Origin: Planctomycetaceae bacterium
GTDB taxonomy: Bacteria; Planctomycetota; Planctomycetia; Pirellulales; UBA1268
Direction: 5' to 3'
Assembly (NCBI GenBank): GCA_021300535.1
Contig: JAJTED010000014.1
Location: forward strand, 15,234 to 79,233
DNA: 64,000 nt
A model generated the notes under the pieces. The model was given only the letters and a program-made list of their open reading frames with translations, did not search any database and was not told the DNA's origin. A program made the position numbers and the translations under genes. Below, in pieces: positions 1 to 9,838 of this stretch (the stretch's first letter is position 1; each line of letters starts with the position of its first letter).

Positions 1-8
1 CATGATGT

Positions 9-1235
9 TCAGCTCCGACCCGCCACCTCGGTGATCGCCGCGCACAGCCGGTCGCAGCCCTCGTCCACCTCGGCCACGGAAATATTCATCGCCGGGAGGA
101 GGCGGATCACCCGCCCCTGCGTGGCGTTGACGAGCAGGTTTCGCTCCAGGGCGGCCTGGACGACCGCCGCCCCGTCGATCGAGAGTTCCACGCCGATCAT
201 CATGCCGATCACGCGCACGTCGCGGACGACATCGCAGCCGGCCTGGAAGGCGGTGAGCCGCTCGCGGAACCGGGCCGCCACCTCGTCGACGTGGGTCAGG
301 AGCCCCTGAGCCTCGATCATCTCGATGGCGGCGATCCCGGCCGCGGCGGCGAGCGGATTGCCGCCGAACGTGGCCGCATGCATGCCCGGCCGCAGGTGCT
401 TCGCCAGGTCCACGGTCGTCAGCATCGCGCCGCCGGCCACGCCCGCACACAGGCTCTTGGCGAGCGTCATCACGTCGGGCACGACCCCGAAGTGCTGGTA
501 GCCGAACCACTTGCCGGTGCGACCGCAGCCGCACTGCACCTCGTCGAACACCAGCAGCAGGTCGCGCTCGTCGCAGATCCGCCGCAGCCCTGCGAGGAAG
601 CCGGCCGGCGCCGGCACCACGCCCCCCTCGCCGAGGATCGGCTCCACGAGGATCCCGCCGGTCTGGTCGTCGATGATCTTCTCGACCGCCTCGAGGTCGC
701 CGTGCGGCGCGTACTGAAAGCCGGCCAGCATCGGCCCCAGCCCCTCGTGATATTTCGGCTGGGCGGTCGCCGTCACGCTCCCCATCGTGCGGCCGTGAAA
801 GCCGCCGCGGAAGGTGACGATCTTGTACTTGCGGCCGTCGGTCCGCAGCCGCACGAGTTTGATCGCCGCCTCGTTGGCCTCGGTGCCGGAATTGCAGAAG
901 AAGGCCTGGCCGCCGAACGACCGCTCGGAGAGCCGCCGGGCCCACTCCCCCTGCGGCTCGGTGTACCAGGTGTTGGGCACATGGATCAGCTTCGCCACCT
1001 GCTCCTGCACGGCGCGGACCACCGGCTCGGGGCAGTGGCCGAGCAGGTTGCAGCCCCAGCCGGGAAAGAGGTCGAGGTATTCGTTGCCCTCGGCGTCCCA
1101 GACGAGCGAGCCGGCCCCGCGGACCAGGCAGACGGGAAACCGCCGGTAGTTGGGCACGACGTAGCGGCTGAAGGTGTCGATGACGGCCTGCGTCTTGGCG
1201 CCGAGGGCGGGCGACGCGGAATCGATGGTGGCCAT
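9..1235 (-). CDS. argD: acetylornithine aminotransferase (class-III PLP aminotransferase)
   Basis: 408 aa ORF with class-III aminotransferase motifs (FCNSGTEANEAA, DEVQCGCGRTGKWF, TLAKSL). Lies 36 bp downstream of argB on the same strand. Confidence 0.88.
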   Translation of the reverse strand: MATIDSASPALGAKTQAVIDTFSRYVVPNYRRFPVCLVRGAGSLVWDAEGNEYLDLFPGWGCNLLGHCPEPVVRAVQEQVAKLIHVPNTWYTEPQGEWARRLSERSFGGQAFFCNSGTEANEAAIKLVRLRTDGRKYKIVTFRGGFHGRTMGSVTATAQPKYHEGLGPMLAGFQYAPHGDLEAVEKIIDDQTGGILVEPILGEGGVVPAPAGFLAGLRRICDERDLLLVFDEVQCGCGRTGKWFGYQHFGVVPDVMTLAKSLCAGVAGGAMLTTVDLAKHLRPGMHAATFGGNPLAAAAGIAAIEMIEAQGLLTHVDEVAARFRERLTAFQAGCDVVRDVRVIGMMIGVELSIDGAAVVQAALERNLLVNATQGRVIRLLPAMNISVAEVDEGCDRLCAAITEVAGRS

Positions 1236-1271
1236 GAACGATGCTCCAGAGGGGCGTGCGATGCCGGTGGG

Positions 1272-2228
1272 TCAGCGGCCGGCTGCCGCCGGGGCGACGG
1301 CCCGGGCGGATAAGGAGACGGCGTCGTCGCGCACGAGCTCCGTGCCCACGCCGCTGGTCGTGTAGATCTCGAGGAGGAGCGAGTGCCGCAGGCGGCCGTC
1401 GATGATGTGGATCTTCTTCACGCCCTGCTCGAGCGTCGCCAGGCAGCCCTCGATCTTGGGGATCATGCCGGCCGAGATCGTGCCGTCGGCGATCAGCCGC
1501 CGGGCCTCGGCGGCGGTCAGCGAGTGGATCAGGCTCTCGGGGTCGTTGACGTCGCGGAGCACGCCGGGGATGTCGCTCAAGACCACCAGCTTTTCCGCGC
1601 CGATCGCCGCGGCCACGGCGGTGGCGGCGGTGTCGGCATTGACGTTGAGCTTCTCACCCTCGTCGGTCTGGGCCATCGAGGGGATGACCGGCACCTGGCC
1701 GGCGTAGGTGAGGTTGTCGATCGTGAGCCGGTCCACGCGGGTCACCTCGCCCACGTTGCCGAGATCGACCGGGCCGTCGGGCCCGTCGAGCACGAGCTTG
1801 TCGCCGAACAGCACGTTGGTGGAGAGGAAGTTGAGCGACATCGCCCGACCGCCGTACTCCTCGATCCGGGCCACGAGCTCGTGGTTGAGATCCGTGGCGA
1901 GCACCTGCTCCACGATCGCGAGGGTCGCCGCGTCGGTAAACCGGCGGCCCTGCACGAACCGGGGCACGATGCCCGCGGCGTCCATGGCACGACTGATCGC
2001 CTTGCCGCCGCCGTGCACGACCACGATCCGCATGCCGAGCGTCGACAGGAAGACGATGTCGATCAGCAGGTGGCGGAGCGAGTCGGGGTGCTCGACGACG
2101 CTGCCGCCGAGCTTGATGACGGTGGTCGTGTCACGGAACTTGCGGATCCAGCCGAGGGCCTCGATGAGCGTGTCGGCCTTCTGGATGGCCTTCTGCTGGG
2201 CCTTGCTGACGGAGGAAGAACTGGGCAC
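1272..2228 (-). CDS. argB: acetylglutamate kinase
   Basis: 318 aa with amino-acid-kinase motifs ([22 protein letters not shown]). GTG start. Confidence 0.88.
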   Translation of the reverse strand: MPSSSSVSKAQQKAIQKADTLIEALGWIRKFRDTTTVIKLGGSVVEHPDSLRHLLIDIVFLSTLGMRIVVVHGGGKAISRAMDAAGIVPRFVQGRRFTDAATLAIVEQVLATDLNHELVARIEEYGGRAMSLNFLSTNVLFGDKLVLDGPDGPVDLGNVGEVTRVDRLTIDNLTYAGQVPVIPSMAQTDEGEKLNVNADTAATAVAAAIGAEKLVVLSDIPGVLRDVNDPESLIHSLTAAEARRLIADGTISAGMIPKIEGCLATLEQGVKKIHIIDGRLRHSLLLEIYTTSGVGTELVRDDAVSLSARAVAPAAAGR

Positions 2229-2431
2229 GTCGCGAACGGTGCTCCGGCGGGGGGCGATGCAAAAACGAAGCCTGACAGTCTACCAGCCCGTCGGGAATGC
2301 GAAACGGCCCGGCCGCGGCGGCAGAGGCGGCTTTTGGCCGGGCAAAACTCGCGTTTACAACCCGCCGCCCGGTCGCCTAACTTTCCACGACCGCACAGTT
2401 CCCCAAACCGGCTCACCGGAGAAGTCCGCCC

Positions 2432-4873
2432 ATGATTCGCATCTTCCGCCCCGCCCGGCCGACGGCCCGCCGTAGCGGCACCGTTTCCCGGTCCCTGTTC
2501 AACGTGGGCCTGGAGCGGCTCGAGTCACGGCAGCTGCTGGCCGTGGACGTCACGACGCTCGCCGACTCCGGCGCCGGTTCGCTCCGCGCCGCGATCGCGG
2601 CGGTGAACTCGGGTGGCAAGGCCGACACGATCGTGTTCAAGAACCTCTCCGCCGGCACGATCTACGCCCTTTCGACCTTCCCCACGCTCGCCGTCTCCGG
2701 CACCAGCTTCCAGTTCTCCGGCACCACGACGGCGATCACGCTCGACGGCTCCGGCGCGGGCGCCGGCGGCGACGGCCTGATCATCGGCGCGGGTGTCAAC
2801 ACGATCGGCTTGAGCGGCATCGTGCTCACCATCCAGAACTTCGCCGAGAACGGCCTCTCGTTCGCGGGCGGCTCGACGGGCACGACGATCGACGGCATCG
2901 CGCTGCGGCTCAACGGCTTCAACGGCATCCAGTTCGCCGGCGGCAATTACTCGGGCACGACCGTCCGCAACACGCAGATCAGCGACAACGGCCGGGCCGG
3001 CATCGTCACCGCCGCGGCCGCCACCGGCCTGACGCTCGGCGGCACGCTCGCCAACCAGGGCAACAACATCTACGGCAACGGCACGCACGGCATCGAGCTG
3101 GCGGGCGGGGCCTACACCGGCTCCTCGATCGTCGGCAACCGGATCGTGGACAATGACCAGTGCGGCATCGCCACCGCCGGCGGCGTCTCCAGCCTGACGA
3201 TCGGCGGCACCACGGCGACCGCTGCCAACACGATCGCCATCAACACCGCCAGCGGCATCCAGCTCGGCCCCGGCAGCTACACGGGCACCACAATCCAGGG
3301 CAACACGATCTCGCTCAACGAGGCGGCGGGGTTCACCTTCGCCGTCGCGGGCGGATCGGCCACGGGCCTCACGATCGGCGGCACCGCGGCGGGGGCCGGC
3401 AACGAGATCAGCGGCAACGGCACCGCCGGCCTGCTCGTCTCCGCCGGCACCTACACCGGCACCCTCGTGCAGGGCAACTCGATCACGGGCAACACGACCG
3501 CGGGCGTGTCGCTGGCGCCCGCGGCGGCCGGCACCGTCTCCGGCCTCACGATCGGCGGCACGGCGGCCGGCACCGGCAACGAGATCGAGGCCAACGACGC
3601 CGTCGGCCTGCTCGTCGGCCCGGGCACCTACACGAGCACGCTCGTGCAGGGCAACACGATCCAGTCCAACGGCAGCCACGGCGTGAGCCTGGCGGCGGCG
3701 GCGGGCACGATCGCGTCGCTGACGATCGGCGGGAGCACGGCGGCCGCCAACACGATCACCGGCAACTCCGGCGACGGCGTCAACGTGGCGCCGGGCACGT
3801 TCACGTCCACCGCCGTGCAGGCCAATACGATCTCGTCGAACACCGGGGCCGGCGTGCGGCTGGCGCCCGGCGGCGGGAGCCTGGTCGGCCTGACCGTCGG
3901 CGGCACCACGAAGACCCCGCTCGGCAACACGCTCGTGGGCAACACGGCCGGCGGCGTGGTGGCCGAGGCCGGCACCTACACCGGCACGCTCGTGCAGGGC
4001 AACCAGATCAGTGGCAGCGCGGTGGGCGTCTCGCTGACCGCCGCCCAGGAGATCACCATCGGCGGCGCCACGTCCGACCTCGGCAACACCGTCACCGGGG
4101 CCACGACCCAGGGCCTGTTCGCCACCGGCACGCTGACGAAGGCCGCCGCGTCGTTCAATGTCCTCACCAACAACGCCACCGGCGCGGAGCTGCAAGACGC
4201 CACCGGCTTCACGTTCGGCAACACCGGCGTGGGCAACCGGATCACCGGCGGCAGCCGCGGCATCGTCGCCCGGGGCGTGCTCGACAACAGCCAGGTGCTG
4301 GGCAACACGGTCAGCGGTCCGGGCACCGGCATCCTGCTCGTCGACGCCCGCGGCTCCGCCTCGACGGCCCCGTTCCGCGTCGGCACGACCGCCACGGCCG
4401 CCGGCAACGGCGTGGGCAACAACGTCACGGCCACGACGCTCGGCCTGCACGCCCGCGGCGCCCTGGCCAACACGTTCGTCGCCGGCAACCTCTTCAAGGC
4501 CACGGCGGCCGGCGGCAACGGGGCGGCGCTGGTCAACGCCGCGGCCCTCACGCTCGGCGGATTCAACGCCGGCGACGGCAACATCCTCACGGCGGGCCTG
4601 GGCAACGGCCTGTACGCCACCGGCCTGTGCAACGGCACCCGCGTGTATCGCAACAACATCACCGCCAGCCAGTACGGCATCGTGCTCGACAGCGCCCGCA
4701 ACCTGTTCGTCGGCTTCCTCTACAACCCGGCGGTCGGGAATCTCGTGCAATACAACCAGGTGGGCCTGTTCACGACCGGCGTCAACACGGGCACGGGCGT
4801 GACCTACACGAATTGGTTCCGCAACGTCCGCCGGCAGATCAACGGCGGCAACGTCTTCATCTTCCCGGCGTGA
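2432..4873 (+). CDS. secreted right-handed parallel beta-helix repeat protein
   Basis: 813 aa, rich in Gly/Thr/Asn/Ala with many G.GN.I.GN coils. N-terminal LERLESRQLLA motif typical of planctomycete exoproteins. ATG at 2432. Confidence 0.75.
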   Translation: MIRIFRPARPTARRSGTVSRSLFNVGLERLESRQLLAVDVTTLADSGAGSLRAAIAAVNSGGKADTIVFKNLSAGTIYALSTFPTLAVSGTSFQFSGTTTAITLDGSGAGAGGDGLIIGAGVNTIGLSGIVLTIQNFAENGLSFAGGSTGTTIDGIALRLNGFNGIQFAGGNYSGTTVRNTQISDNGRAGIVTAAAATGLTLGGTLANQGNNIYGNGTHGIELAGGAYTGSSIVGNRIVDNDQCGIATAGGVSSLTIGGTTATAANTIAINTASGIQLGPGSYTGTTIQGNTISLNEAAGFTFAVAGGSATGLTIGGTAAGAGNEISGNGTAGLLVSAGTYTGTLVQGNSITGNTTAGVSLAPAAAGTVSGLTIGGTAAGTGNEIEANDAVGLLVGPGTYTSTLVQGNTIQSNGSHGVSLAAAAGTIASLTIGGSTAAANTITGNSGDGVNVAPGTFTSTAVQANTISSNTGAGVRLAPGGGSLVGLTVGGTTKTPLGNTLVGNTAGGVVAEAGTYTGTLVQGNQISGSAVGVSLTAAQEITIGGATSDLGNTVTGATTQGLFATGTLTKAAASFNVLTNNATGAELQDATGFTFGNTGVGNRITGGSRGIVARGVLDNSQVLGNTVSGPGTGILLVDARGSASTAPFRVGTTATAAGNGVGNNVTATTLGLHARGALANTFVAGNLFKATAAGGNGAALVNAAALTLGGFNAGDGNILTAGLGNGLYATGLCNGTRVYRNNITASQYGIVLDSARNLFVGFLYNPAVGNLVQYNQVGLFTTGVNTGTGVTYTNWFRNVRRQINGGNVFIFPA
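3026..4060 (+). repeat. intragenic tandem repeat, six units of 165-177 bp (55-59 codons)
   Basis: Unit starts (G/S-LT-I/L/V-GG) at 3026, 3191, 3365, 3542, 3716 and 3887. Similarity is visible at the DNA level. Confidence 0.6.
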
Positions 4874-4881
4874 GCCGGTGG

Positions 4882-5200
4882 CATGGACCACGGGGCGGCC
4901 TTCATGCCCGGTGTCCCCGGGTTTCCACCCGGGGCTTTTTGGGTCGCGCGCGTTACTCACACAAAAAGCCCCCGGCGGAAGCCGGGGGACTCCGGGTCGC
5001 ATCTCTTCCCGCTTGCTATGCGATGCGGGTTTGAACCGGTGCATCACCTGAAATCGTCCAGCATGGACCACGGGGCGGCCTTCGTGCCCGGTGTCCCCGG
5101 GTTTCCACCCGGGGCTTTTTGGGTCGCGCGCGTTACTCACTCAAAAAGCCCCCGGCGGAAGCCGGGGGACTCCGGGTCGCATGCAATCCCGCGTGCCATG
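4882..5200. repeat. family-1 REPIN, two tandem copies (180 bp period)
   Basis: Hairpin cores CCCCGGGtttccaCCCGGGG at 4915-4934 (second copy 180 bp downstream) and CCCCCGGCggaaGCCGGGGG at 4969-4988 (second copy 180 bp downstream). The arms are inverted copies separated by a 22 nt loop. Confidence 0.85.
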
Positions 5201-5271
5201 TCTTCCCGGTTTCCATGCGCTGCTCCACACGGAGCGTGCGAAAGCCGGCCGCCACCCTCTACACTTCCCGC

Positions 5272-6702
5272 ATGCGAATCCTCCTGACCGGGGCGACGGG
5301 CTACGTGGGCGGCGTGCTGCTGGACGAGCTCCAGCGCCAGGGCCACGTCGTGCGCTGCCTCGCCCGCCGGCCGGGGAAACTCGCCGGTCGCACGACCGCC
5401 ACGACCGAGGTCATGGCCGGCGACGCCTCCAACCCGGACGACCTCGCCCGGGCCTGCGCGGGTGTGGACGTGGCCTACTGGCTCGTCCACTCGATGGAGG
5501 GCGGCGTCGACTTCGAGCGGGCCGATCGCCTGGCCGCGGAGCGGTTCGCCGCGGCGGCGCGTGCGGCGGGCGTGCAGCGGCTGATCTATCTCGGTGGCCT
5601 CGGCGCCGACGACGACCGGCTCTCGGCCCACCTCCGCAGCCGCCATGAGGTGGGCGCCATCCTGCGGGCTTCCGGCGGCGACGTCGTCGAGTTCCGGGCG
5701 TCGATCATCATCGGCGCGGGCAGCTTCTCCTTCGACCTCGTGCGCACGCTCGTCGAGCGGCTGCCGGTGATGATCTGCCCCGCGTGGCTGGCCACGCCCA
5801 CGCAGCCGATCGCGATCGCAGACATCGTGGCCTATCTCGCGGCCGCGATCGACCTGCCGGCGGGGCCGCCGCGGATCTTCGAAATCGGCGGGCCGGACAA
5901 GGTGTCCTACGGCGCTATCATGCAGGAGTACGCCCGGCAGCGGGGCCTGCGGCGGCTGATGATCCCCGTGCCGGTGCTCACCCCACGGCTCTCGAGTTTG
6001 TGGCTGAAGCTGGTGACGCCGCGGTATTCAAAGGTGGGCCGAAAGTTGATCGACGGACTCAAAAACCCCACGGTCGTCACGAGCGACGCCGCCCGGCGTG
6101 AGTTCCCGATCCGGCCGCGCGACCTGCGCACGGCGGTCCGCGACGCGATCACGAGCGAAGACACCGAGTTCGCCGGCAAGCGTTGGGCCGACCTCGCCGA
6201 CGTCGAGGATCTGCCCCGCCGCTACGGCGGCAAGACGGAGGGCGCCCGGCTGGTGGACCACCGCCACGCGGTCGTGGCGGTCGCTCCCGAGCGGGCCTTC
6301 GCCGCCATCGAGCGGATCGGCGGTCCCCACGGCTGGTACGCCTGCGACTGGCTGTGGCAATTGCGCGGCTGGATGGACCGGATGATCGGCGGCCCCGGCA
6401 TGGTCCGCGGCCGCCGCGATCCCGACCGGCTCGTCACCGGCGACACGCTCGACTGCTGGCGGGTGGAGGCATGCGAGCCGCCGCGGCGACTGCGGCTGGC
6501 GGCCGAGATGAAGATCCCCGGCCGTGGCTGGCTGGAGTTCGAGGTGGTGCCGCGGGACGGCGACGTCACCATCCACCAGACGGCCGTCTTCGATCCCAAG
6601 GGGCTCGGCGGCCTGGCCTACTGGTACGCGATCTGGCCGCTGCACGAGCTCGTCTTCCGCCGCATGCTCGCCGGCATCGTCCGCCACGCCGTCCAGGCGT
6701 GA
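5272..6702 (+). CDS. NAD(P)-binding SDR-family protein with C-terminal DUF2867-like domain
   Basis: Rossmann motif MRILLTGATGYVGG at ATG 5272. The longer ORF from 5119 starts inside REP elements, so it is rejected. Confidence 0.75.
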   Translation: MRILLTGATGYVGGVLLDELQRQGHVVRCLARRPGKLAGRTTATTEVMAGDASNPDDLARACAGVDVAYWLVHSMEGGVDFERADRLAAERFAAAARAAGVQRLIYLGGLGADDDRLSAHLRSRHEVGAILRASGGDVVEFRASIIIGAGSFSFDLVRTLVERLPVMICPAWLATPTQPIAIADIVAYLAAAIDLPAGPPRIFEIGGPDKVSYGAIMQEYARQRGLRRLMIPVPVLTPRLSSLWLKLVTPRYSKVGRKLIDGLKNPTVVTSDAARREFPIRPRDLRTAVRDAITSEDTEFAGKRWADLADVEDLPRRYGGKTEGARLVDHRHAVVAVAPERAFAAIERIGGPHGWYACDWLWQLRGWMDRMIGGPGMVRGRRDPDRLVTGDTLDCWRVEACEPPRRLRLAAEMKIPGRGWLEFEVVPRDGDVTIHQTAVFDPKGLGGLAYWYAIWPLHELVFRRMLAGIVRHAVQA

Positions 6703-6744
6703 CGTCGTCGTCGTGTCTCCTCCTGGAGCGGCGGTCTCTGGCCG

Positions 6745-6906
6745 TCGAATCCCCCGGCTCCCGCCGGGGGCTTTTTGTGATGCGGCCGCGCATGCCCCAA
6801 AACGATGCGGCCGCGCATGCCCCAAAACGGTGCGGCCGCATCCGCCCCAAGAAGCCCCGGGTGGAAACCCGGGGACTCCGGGCATGAAAACCACCCCGTC
6901 AACCAT
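6745..6906. repeat. family-1 REPIN (reverse orientation) with expanded loop
   Basis: Cores at 6751-6770 and 6855-6874. The loop carries repeated 25 bp GCGGCCGC-containing units. Sits between convergent genes. Confidence 0.85.
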
Positions 6907-6996
6907 GCCTTGTTCGCTGGTGTCAGCCCGAATGACCGGACAACGCGCACCATCAACACCCGCGGCTCGGGCGTGCAGGACACCGCTCGCCGCTCC

Positions 6997-7941
6997 TCAC
7001 AGCGTGTCGGCGGGCCGCTGCGGGCAGGCGGCGGCCGCGGCCGCGTCCTCGAGTTGGATCGTGGCGTGGGCGATGCGAAACCGCTGCCGCGCGAGAGCGC
7101 CGGCCGCCGTGAGCACACCCCCGTGCGCGGCGATGTCAGGCACCACGAGGTGCGCGGTGAGCGACGTCTCGGAGGTGCTCGCGCCCCACACGTGCAGGTC
7201 GTGCACCTCGGCCACGCCGGGGATCGCGGCCAAGGCCGCGGACACCTCCGCCGGATCGAGGCCACGGGGCACCGCGTCGAGGGCCAGATCGATGGCCTCG
7301 CGAAACAGCCCCCACGTGCCCGCCACGATCACGGCGGCCACGGCCATGCTCACGATCGGGTCGATCCAAGTGAGCCCCGTGGCCAGGATGGCGATCCCCG
7401 CAGCCACGACCCCGGCCGACACGGCCGCATCGGCCGCCATGTGGAGAAAGGCGCCGCGGACATTCGCATCCCGGTGCCCGCGGAGGAAGAGCAGGGCCGT
7501 GAGCGTGTTGATGACGACCCCGATCGCGGCCACGGCGATCACCATCGGCCCGGCCACGGCCTCCGGCTCCCACAGGCGGTGCACCGCCTCCCAGAGGATC
7601 ACACCGCAAGCGGTGAGCAGAAGCATGGCGTTGCCGAGGGCGGCGTAGATCGTGGCCCGCCGCAGGCCCCAGGTGAATCTCCGCGACGGCGGCCGCCGCG
7701 CCAGCCAGTTCGCCCCCCAGGCCAGGAGCAGGCCGACGACGTCGCCGGCGTTGTGTCCCGCGTCTGCCATCAGCGCCAGCGACGACGCCCACAGGCCCGC
7801 CCCGAACTCCGTCACCACGAAGGCGGCATTGAGCCCCACGCCCACGAGCATCGCCCGGTCGAGGCCGGCGGCCGACAGCACGTGCGCATGGCCGTGCCCG
7901 CATTCGCCGCCGTGCCCGTGGCCGTGTCCGTCGTGCACCAT
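6997..7941 (-). CDS. cation diffusion facilitator (CzcD/ZitB-like) metal efflux transporter
   Basis: His-rich N-terminus (HDGHGHGHGGECGHGHAH), six TM segments and a CDF signature (ADAGHNAGD). The ATG at 7941 is preferred over 8019, which would overlap the divergent neighbour. Confidence 0.85.
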   Translation of the reverse strand: MVHDGHGHGHGGECGHGHAHVLSAAGLDRAMLVGVGLNAAFVVTEFGAGLWASSLALMADAGHNAGDVVGLLLAWGANWLARRPPSRRFTWGLRRATIYAALGNAMLLLTACGVILWEAVHRLWEPEAVAGPMVIAVAAIGVVINTLTALLFLRGHRDANVRGAFLHMAADAAVSAGVVAAGIAILATGLTWIDPIVSMAVAAVIVAGTWGLFREAIDLALDAVPRGLDPAEVSAALAAIPGVAEVHDLHVWGASTSETSLTAHLVVPDIAAHGGVLTAAGALARQRFRIAHATIQLEDAAAAAACPQRPADTL

Positions 7942-8009
7942 CACGGTACGATCATAGCCGTGCCGCAGCGAGATTTTCCCCTTTTCCCAGCCGAGCGGAG
8001 CGTGAGCCG

Positions 8010-9131
8010 ATGGATGCACTGAGGGTGGCGGCGATCGGCCGCACGGGCCGGGGCGACTGGGGCCATCAGATCGACGAGTTGTGGACGGGCCTGCCCGGCG
8101 TGGAACTCGTCGCCGTGGCCGACGAGGCGGAGGAGGGGCTCGCCAAGGCGGTCGCCCGCCACAAGCTCCCCGCGGCCGCGGGCTTTAGCGACTGGCGGAA
8201 GATGCTCGCCGCCGTACAGCCCGACATCGTCGCCCTCTGCATGCGCGACCTCGACTGCCGCGCGGAGATGGCGATCGCCGCCGCCGCGGCCGGCGTGAAG
8301 GGCATCTTCATGGAGAAGCCTTTCGTGCCTACCCGCGCGGCCGCCGACGCGGTGATCAAGGCCTGCACGCAGTCCAACACCAAGCTCGCGTTGGCCTTCG
8401 TCAACCGCCACGCGCCCGCCTACGCGGCCGTTCGCGACCTCATCGAAGCGGGGCGGATCGGCAAGGTCTTGGAGCTGCGCGGCCGCGGCAAGGAAGACCA
8501 GCGGGGCGGCGGCCAGGATCTGTGGGTCCTCGGCTGCCATGTGCTCGACATGATGGCCGACATCGGCGGTGCGCCGCAGTGGTGCGAGGCCGCGGTCACC
8601 GTCGGCGGCCGGCCGATCACGCGGGCCGACGCCGTGGAGGGACCGGAGGGCATCGGCCTGATCGCCGGTGATGCGATGACGGCGATGTTCGGCCTGGCCG
8701 ACGGGCCGATCGGGTATTTCGCGAGCGTCCGCGATGCGGGGCTCAAGCAGCCGAACTTCGGGCTCACGATCGTCGGCACTGCCGGCGCCATCCACATCCG
8801 TCCCGATCACGTGCCCCATGCGTATCTCCGGGAGGCGCCGTTGTGGCGGGTGGACAAGGAGTTTCCGTGGCGGCCGATCGGCTCCGAGGGGCTCGGCGGG
8901 CAGGTCGCGGCGATCACGCCCGAGGAGCGGGCGGCCGAGCGGATGGCATGGGGCCGCCGCGCGGCCGCGGATCTCATTGCTGCGATCGTCGAGGATCGTG
9001 AGCCGGAGACCGGCATGTACGCCGGCCGAACGACGGTCGAGATGACGGCGGCCGTGTTCGCCGCGGCGTTGGCAGGTCGCCGGATCACGCTGCCGCTCGA
9101 GCAGCCAGGCAACCCCCTGGCGGCGTCGTAG
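8010..9131 (+). CDS. Gfo/Idh/MocA family oxidoreductase
   Basis: 373 aa with an N-terminal Rossmann fold (RVAAIGRTGRGDWG ... VAVAD) and EKP motif (GIFMEKPF). Confidence 0.8.
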   Translation: MDALRVAAIGRTGRGDWGHQIDELWTGLPGVELVAVADEAEEGLAKAVARHKLPAAAGFSDWRKMLAAVQPDIVALCMRDLDCRAEMAIAAAAAGVKGIFMEKPFVPTRAAADAVIKACTQSNTKLALAFVNRHAPAYAAVRDLIEAGRIGKVLELRGRGKEDQRGGGQDLWVLGCHVLDMMADIGGAPQWCEAAVTVGGRPITRADAVEGPEGIGLIAGDAMTAMFGLADGPIGYFASVRDAGLKQPNFGLTIVGTAGAIHIRPDHVPHAYLREAPLWRVDKEFPWRPIGSEGLGGQVAAITPEERAAERMAWGRRAAADLIAAIVEDREPETGMYAGRTTVEMTAAVFAAALAGRRITLPLEQPGNPLAAS

Positions 9132-9178
9132 CGACGGTCTCTGGCCGGATCGCGATTTGTCGATTCGGCCCTGCGGCG

Positions 9179-9590
9179 CATGGCACGCGGGATCGCGATT
9201 CGACCCGGTGTCCCCCGGCTCCCGCCGGGGGCTTTTTGTGGTGTCATACCGCCCGCCCCAAAACGGCGTGGCCGCGCGGGCCCCCAAAACCGTGCGGCCG
9301 CGGGCCCCCAAAACCGTGCGGCCGCGTGCCCCCAAAACCGTGCGGCCGCGTGGACCCCAAGAAGCCCCGGGTGGAAACCCGGGGACTCCGGGTATGAACA
9401 CCACCCCGTCATCCATGCTCAAACGCCCCGCGCCAGGGCTGCGTAACGTCCACATGCATGGCACGCGGGATCGCGATTCGACCCGGTGTCCCCCGGCTAC
9501 CGCCGGGGGCTTTTTGTGGTGTCGTACCGCCCGCCCCAAGAAGCCCCGGGTGGAAACCCGGGGACTCCGGGTATGAACACCACCCCGTTC
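9179..9590. repeat. family-1 REPINs, two copies (239 bp with 4 loop units; about 134 bp with none)
   Basis: Cores at 9212-9231, 9365-9384, 9490-9509 and 9544-9563. The first copy has four cccaaaac/GCGGCCGC loop units. Confidence 0.85.
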
Positions 9591-9691
9591 CCACTCTCTG
9601 AACGGGCCTCGGAGGCTAAACACCGCCCCCCTGTTCCAGGCCCCCCGCCCGGACGCTTGCGATTTCCCAGACTCCCGCTAAACTTCTGCCT

Positions 9692-9784
9692 GTGGGTTAG
9701 AAGCCCTTTTTAATCGCAATAAGCGGTTAATCGTGGGTTTTGAGCCCTAAATGAATGGATTGACCGCCCTGCCCACCGTGGGCT
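9692..9784 (+). promoter_or_regulatory. GTGGG-containing direct repeats upstream of mraZ (candidate operator)
   Basis: GTGGGTTagaAGCCCT at 9692-9707, GTGGGTTttgAGCCCT at 9733-9748 and GTGGGCT at 9778-9784. Confidence 0.3.
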
Positions 9785-9838
9785 GTGCGGCATGCCCCGC
9801 GGAGCGGGTGGAAGTGCGTGACGCGAACAACCGCCGGC

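Noticed and set aside
2525-5140. 871-aa minus-strand ORF, plus 3160..5034 and other long ORFs overlapping the beta-helix gene
   Set aside because: They are antisense or out-of-frame readings of a GC-rich repetitive gene. Their composition is Arg/Ala/Gly/Asp-dominated with no recognisable domains. The plus-strand frame at 2432 has clear beta-helix periodicity.
5119-5271. N-terminal extension of the SDR/DUF2867 ORF (similar extensions at 16208-16702, 17284-17580, 17418-18434, 37921-38322 and 51906-52091)
   Set aside because: The extensions overlap REP elements or the preceding gene and lack family similarity. Internal ATGs coincide with the start of homology or with signal peptides, and in several cases with ATGA stop-start coupling.
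9785-9838. Longer MraZ ORF starting at 9785, and the overlapping ORFs 9710..10120 (minus) and 9751..10347
   Set aside because: MraZ-family similarity begins at the ATG at 9839 (MNAAELLIGEF..). The alternatives are out-of-frame or antisense and have biased composition.
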